A stretch of DNA of 37,536 bases from an uncultured Elusimicrobia bacterium (GTDB lineage: Bacteria; Elusimicrobiota; Elusimicrobia; UBA1565; UBA9628). Positions 33,570 to 37,536 of this stretch are shown piece after piece; the stretch's first letter is position 1; each line of letters begins with the position of its first letter. A program made the position numbers and the translations under genes. The DNA lies in the NCBI GenBank assembly GCA_964600165.1, contig CAZRIP010000006.1, forward strand, positions 1 through 37,536, given 5' to 3'. The notes under the pieces are model-generated. The model had not been told where the DNA came from. It ran no database searches and was given only the letters and a program-made list of their open reading frames with translations.

Positions 33570-34970
33570 TTACGACTTATGATTCGCGGCGAAAATCTTC
33601 TCGGCGGCTTCCACGAGATCGGCGACGCCGACCACCGTCAGCCCGGCGATCTTGGGCAGGTCCTTGACCGCGCGCTGGGCGATCACGGCCGTCTTGAAGC
33701 CTGCCTTGGCCGCCTCTTTGAGCCGGCTCTCGATGAACGGCACGCGGCTGACCTCGCCGAGGAGGCCGACCTCGCCGACGAGCACCCAGTCCGCGGGCAC
33801 GGCGCGATCGCGCGCCGAGCTCACGACGGCCATGCAGGCCGCCAGGTCGGTGGCCGGGTCCTTGAGGCGCACGCCTCCGGCGAGGCTGACGAACACGTCG
33901 GTGTCCTCGACCGACAGGCGCAGGTGCTTCTCCATCGCGGCGAGCAGCACGAGGACGCGGTTGAGGTCCAGGCCCGTGCTCATGCGGCGCGGCAGCGGGT
34001 ACTTCGTGTGCACGACGAGCGATTGGGCCTCGACGAGCATCGGCCGTGAGCCCTCGAGCGTGACCGAGACGGCGCGTCCCGCGGAGGCTTTGGCGTCGCG
34101 GTCCGCGATGAAAAACGAAGCCGCGTTCGTCACCTCGCGCAGGCCCTTCTCGCTCATCTCGAAAAGACCCACCTCGTCGGTGGGGCCGAAGCGGTTCTTT
34201 TGGGCGCGCAGCACGCGCAGGAGGTCGTGGCGCTCGGTGTCGAAATACAAGACGGTGTCGACGATGTGCTCGAGCACCTTGGGGCCGGCGAGCGCGCCGT
34301 CCTTGGTGACGTGGCCGAGCACGAAGACGCAGATCTCGGAGGATTTGGCGACGCGCAAGAGCTCCGCCGCGCACTCCCGCACCTGCGCCACCGAGCCCGG
34401 CGACGACGTGAGCTCGGGGTGATAGCAGGTCTGCACGGAGTCGAGCACGACGAATTTCGGCGCGTGCTTCTCGACGGCGGCGAGGACCTTGGCGAGATTC
34501 GTCTCCGAAAGGAGATAAAGCGATTGAGCCGTGAGCCCCAGGCGCTGCGCGCGCGCCGAGACCTGCTTGAGCGATTCCTCGCCGGAGACGTAAAGCACCT
34601 TGTCCTTCTGGGCGAGGCGCGCCGCCGCCTGCAGCATCAGCGTCGACTTGCCGATCCCCGGCGGGCCGGCGAGCAGCAACATCTGGCCCGCGACGACGCC
34701 GCCGCCCAAAAGCCGGTCGAGCTCCGGCACGCCCGTCCGCGTTCGCGTCTCGGTCTCGGCGCCGGCCTCGGAGAGCGCCACGACGTCGGACGAGAAGCTC
34801 GTCAAAGCCCGCGGAGCGGAGCCGGCCGCGGCGAGCGCGGCGACCTTGCCGGTCTCCACGACCTCCTCGACCATCGAGTTCCAGTTGGAGCAGTCGGGGC
34901 ACTGCCCCATGGGTTTAGGAGCGGCGTAGCCGCACTGCTGACAGCGATAAACGGTCTTGAGGCGGCTCAT
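33570..34970 (-). CDS. radA: DNA repair protein RadA/Sms
   Basis: N-terminal Cys4 zinc finger (CQQCGY..CPDC), Walker A GPPGIGKST, KNRFG motif and a Lon-like C-terminal domain. Confidence 0.95.
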   Translation of the reverse strand: MSRLKTVYRCQQCGYAAPKPMGQCPDCSNWNSMVEEVVETGKVAALAAAGSAPRALTSFSSDVVALSEAGAETETRTRTGVPELDRLLGGGVVAGQMLLLAGPPGIGKSTLMLQAAARLAQKDKVLYVSGEESLKQVSARAQRLGLTAQSLYLLSETNLAKVLAAVEKHAPKFVVLDSVQTCYHPELTSSPGSVAQVRECAAELLRVAKSSEICVFVLGHVTKDGALAGPKVLEHIVDTVLYFDTERHDLLRVLRAQKNRFGPTDEVGLFEMSEKGLREVTNAASFFIADRDAKASAGRAVSVTLEGSRPMLVEAQSLVVHTKYPLPRRMSTGLDLNRVLVLLAAMEKHLRLSVEDTDVFVSLAGGVRLKDPATDLAACMAVVSSARDRAVPADWVLVGEVGLLGEVSRVPFIESRLKEAAKAGFKTAVIAQRAVKDLPKIAGLTVVGVADLVEAAEKIFAANHKS

Positions 34971-34976
34971 GAAAGA

Positions 34977-36323
34977 CTACTGAGCGGTACCACTCTTGCT
35001 GCTGCTGCGGCCCTTGGCGCCGGCGGCGCCGAAGGACGCCATGCCGAACAAGTAAGCGATGTCCTGGTCCTCGAAGCTGACGTTGACCCAGGTGTTGAAC
35101 GCCTTGCGGATCTGCACGTCCTCGTAGCGCGCGCCGACGCCGAGCCACTTCGTCACGCGCGCGAGCACGCCGAAGTCGTACTCGGGCTTGTCGAAGACGC
35201 GCGAGTTGATCACGCGGTTGCGGCCGAAATCGTAGGCCTGCGCCGTCAGGCTGAAGCGCTTGCCGACCGGGTCTTGGTAGAAGGGCGTGACGGTGATACG
35301 CGCGCCGCCCGCGGAGCGGATGGCGCCGAAGGCGAGGTCGAAGGGCCCTTTGACGAAGCCGACGAGGCCGTCGACGCGGTTTTTTTGCACGTAGTCGGTC
35401 CCGTGATGGACCGTGTCGACCGGGCTGCCGAGATTGGCGATGCCGCCGTAATAGTAGCGGCCCTCGCGCGGAACGATCTTGAGGCCGACGTCGGAATAGC
35501 CGCTGCGGATCGGGGCCTCGTAGCGATAGTCGTAATTCCAATAGACGCGGAATTGGTTGATGCGGCCGAGCACGTCCTTCGCCGTCTGGGCCGCGTCCTT
35601 GACCGAGGCGACGGTCTCCTTGACGTCCTGCTTGACCTTCTCGTCGTGCAGCAGCGCGCCGATCGCGCCCTTGTCGGTGGCCAGGCCCGCCATCATCTTG
35701 TCGGTGTTCACGAGCACCGAGTCGAGCTTGGCCGTGATGTCGTCGGTGCGCTCCATCGCCTTCTCGAGCCTCGGCTTCGTGGTCTCGATCAAGTCGTTCA
35801 GGTTCGCCGTCATCTCGCGCAGGTTGGCGACGGTATCCTTCAGGTTCCCGGTCAGCGAGCCGCGCGGGCCCTCCGAGTTCATCTCGGTGAGGATGCTCTG
35901 CAGGCTGCCGAGGGCCTTGACGAGCGCTTTCTCGATCGAGATCGGGTCGGTGCCGCGGACGGTCGTCTCCGGCGGGATCACGCCCGACTCCGGATGGCCC
36001 TGGTCGATCTGCAGGTACTTGGAGCCGATGATGCCGGTCGAGCCGATCGTGAACTCCGCGTCCTTGTAGATGTCGACGCCCTTGCGGATCGAGAGCACGC
36101 ACTTGGCCGCGCCGTCGGCCAAGACGACGTCCTTGACCTGGCCGATCTCGACGCCGGAGAGCTTGACCGGCGAGTTGCGGTTTAAGTTGGCGACGTCATG
36201 GAACGTCGCGTAGAGCGTGTAGCGCTTCTCGAAGGTGTAGTCGCCGAGCAGGAAGATCGCCGTGCCCATGAGGACCAGGCCCGCGACGACGAAGGCGCCG
36301 ACTTTCGCTTCGATCGACAGCAT
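34977..36323 (-). CDS. mlaD: MCE-family protein MlaD-like (extended C-terminus)
   Basis: N-terminal TM plus an MCE domain (TFHDVANLNRNSPVKLSGVEIGQVKDVVL). Start ATG overlaps the mlaF stop in a TGATG overlap. Confidence 0.8.
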   Translation of the reverse strand: MLSIEAKVGAFVVAGLVLMGTAIFLLGDYTFEKRYTLYATFHDVANLNRNSPVKLSGVEIGQVKDVVLADGAAKCVLSIRKGVDIYKDAEFTIGSTGIIGSKYLQIDQGHPESGVIPPETTVRGTDPISIEKALVKALGSLQSILTEMNSEGPRGSLTGNLKDTVANLREMTANLNDLIETTKPRLEKAMERTDDITAKLDSVLVNTDKMMAGLATDKGAIGALLHDEKVKQDVKETVASVKDAAQTAKDVLGRINQFRVYWNYDYRYEAPIRSGYSDVGLKIVPREGRYYYGGIANLGSPVDTVHHGTDYVQKNRVDGLVGFVKGPFDLAFGAIRSAGGARITVTPFYQDPVGKRFSLTAQAYDFGRNRVINSRVFDKPEYDFGVLARVTKWLGVGARYEDVQIRKAFNTWVNVSFEDQDIAYLFGMASFGAAGAKGRSSSKSGTAQ

Positions 36324-37114
36324 CAGCTCTTCTTGCCCTCCGCCGGCTCGGGCTCGAACTCCTTGAGCTTCATCTGGATCGGTCCGTGGCTCAGGCCGTC
36401 GACGAACTGGCGGATGTAGGGGTTGGTGCTGACCTTGATGATCTCGGGATGGGCCACGCCCAAGACGCGGCCGTCGTGGAGCATGGCGATTCTGCTCGCG
36501 ATCTTATAGGCCGACTTCATGTCGTGAGTGACGACGATCGAGGTGACCTTCAATTTTTTCTGGAGGTCGAGGATCAGGTCGTTGATGACGTCCGACATGA
36601 TCGGATCCAAGCCCGTCGTGGGCTCATCATATAAAATATATGACGGTTCGGCGGCGATCGCGCGCGCGAGCGCGACCCGCTTTTTCATGCCGCCGGAGAG
36701 CTCGGAGGGCTTGAAGTCCTCGACGTCCTTGAGGCCGACGAGGGCGAGCTTCTCGGTGGCGATCTGACGATATTTGGACGCCGGGATGTCGGTGAGGTAA
36801 CGAAGGCCGAAAGTGATGTTCTCCCAGACCGTCATCGAGTCGAAGAGCGCCGCCTCCTGGAAGAGGTAGCCGAAGCGCCGGCGGTATTGCGCGACGTCCG
36901 ACTCCCGGGTGAGCTTGGTGATGTCCATGCCGTCGACGGTGATCGAGCCGGAATCCGGCTGCACCAGTCCGATGACGCTTTTTAAGAACGTGCTCTTGCC
37001 GCAGCCCGAGCCGCCGATGATGCAGAGCGTCTCGCCGCTTTCCACGACGAGATCGACGCCGCGCAAGATCTGGCGCTTGCCGTAGCTCTTCTTGACGTCC
37101 TTGGCGTCGATCAA
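36323..37114 (-). CDS. mlaF: ABC transporter ATP-binding protein MlaF-like
   Basis: Walker A GGSGCGKST, the signature LSGGMKKRVALARA, and Walker B ILYDEPTTGLD. Proposed TTG start overlaps the mlaE stop in a TTGA overlap. The track ORF extends further with a junk N-terminus. Confidence 0.85.
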   Translation of the reverse strand: MIDAKDVKKSYGKRQILRGVDLVVESGETLCIIGGSGCGKSTFLKSVIGLVQPDSGSITVDGMDITKLTRESDVAQYRRRFGYLFQEAALFDSMTVWENITFGLRYLTDIPASKYRQIATEKLALVGLKDVEDFKPSELSGGMKKRVALARAIAAEPSYILYDEPTTGLDPIMSDVINDLILDLQKKLKVTSIVVTHDMKSAYKIASRIAMLHDGRVLGVAHPEIIKVSTNPYIRQFVDGLSHGPIQMKLKEFEPEPAEGKKS

Positions 37115-37536
37115 GTGATCCCCAGCGCGACGAGCACCGCTGTGACGAAGTAATCCAACAAGAGAACGGACACCATGGACATCACGACCGCGGACGTCGT
37201 CGACTTGCCTACGCCCTCGGCGCCGCCGTGCGTCGTTATGCCCTTGAAGCAGCATATGAAAGCTATTACTGTCCCGAATACGTAGTTCTTGACGTAGCCG
37301 TGGACGAAATGGCGGATCTCCATGTTGTCGATGATGTCGTGCCAGTAGACGTTCGCCGGGATGTGGAGCTTGACCGACGCGACGACGTAGCCGCCGATGA
37401 TGCCCGAGAAGTCGGAGACGACCGTGAGAAAAGGCAGCACGGCGATGAACGCGAGCACGCGCGGGATGACGAGATAGCGGATCGGGTCGGTGCCGAGGGT
37501 GTAAAGCGCGTCGATCTGCTCGGTCACCTTCATCGT
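37111..37536 (-). CDS. mlaE: ABC transporter permease MlaE-like, C-terminal part (N-terminus beyond the window)
   Basis: C-terminal permease segments (IIGGYVVASVKL...AVVMSMVSVLLLDYFVTAVLVALGIT). Confidence 0.8.
   Translation of the reverse strand, partial: TMKVTEQIDALYTLGTDPIRYLVIPRVLAFIAVLPFLTVVSDFSGIIGGYVVASVKLHIPANVYWHDIIDNMEIRHFVHGYVKNYVFGTVIAFICCFKGITTHGGAEGVGKSTTSAVVMSMVSVLLLDYFVTAVLVALGIT

Noticed and set aside
34200-36185. 661-aa plus ORF and 395-aa minus ORF 34915..36102
   Set aside because: Antisense or alternate frames of radA and mlaD.

Overview
This is a 37.5-kb, roughly 70% GC bacterial chromosomal segment that is densely packed with protein-coding genes, mostly on the minus strand. 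I found no rRNA, tRNA, CRISPR array or mobile-element gene. The left 7.5 kb is the most unusual part. A single stop-free, codon-biased minus-strand frame runs from a GTG at 7555, preceded by an AAGGA ribosome-binding site and encoding a Sec signal peptide, to beyond the window edge, at least 2518 aa. The ORF track does not list it because it has no stop inside the window. I translated it by hand. In order it encodes a signal peptide, a predicted pair of transmembrane helices, an HExxHxxQ metallopeptidase-like motif, and a complete subtilisin-type S8 protease with its D/H/N/S motifs. These are followed by an acidic linker, HEAT-like repeats, a degenerate second S8-like segment, a GH77 4-alpha-glucanotransferase domain and a GDE_C amylo-alpha-1,6-glucosidase domain. 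Upstream on the same strand are a beta-barrel-like outer-membrane protein and a 73-aa basic protein. The rest of the window carries housekeeping genes: smc, a metallophosphoesterase, mltA, lexA with a textbook SOS promoter, cysS-rlmB-CDF exporter-thiamine pyrophosphokinase, a fused ispDF, a PIN/TRAM YacL-like gene, radA and mlaE-mlaF-mlaD. Interleaved with these are several uncharacterised exported or membrane proteins. One group is a Tim44-like x2 / zinc-ribbon x2 / TerB membrane protein next to an SPFH/YdjI-like zinc-ribbon protein and a Cys-rich repeat protein, all beside lexA. Another is a rhomboid protease flanked by two single-pass membrane proteins. A third is a secreted HExxH...NEALA protein sitting between ispDF and a GNAT gene. 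Genome-style signals are consistent across the window. Several genes have near-consensus -10 boxes exactly 6-7 nt upstream of the start codon, which suggests leaderless mRNAs, and many adjacent genes overlap by 4 nt (GTGA, ATGA, TTGA). Almost all long plus-strand ORFs in the supplied track over 1-13500 and 17700-25000 are arginine-rich antisense artefacts.
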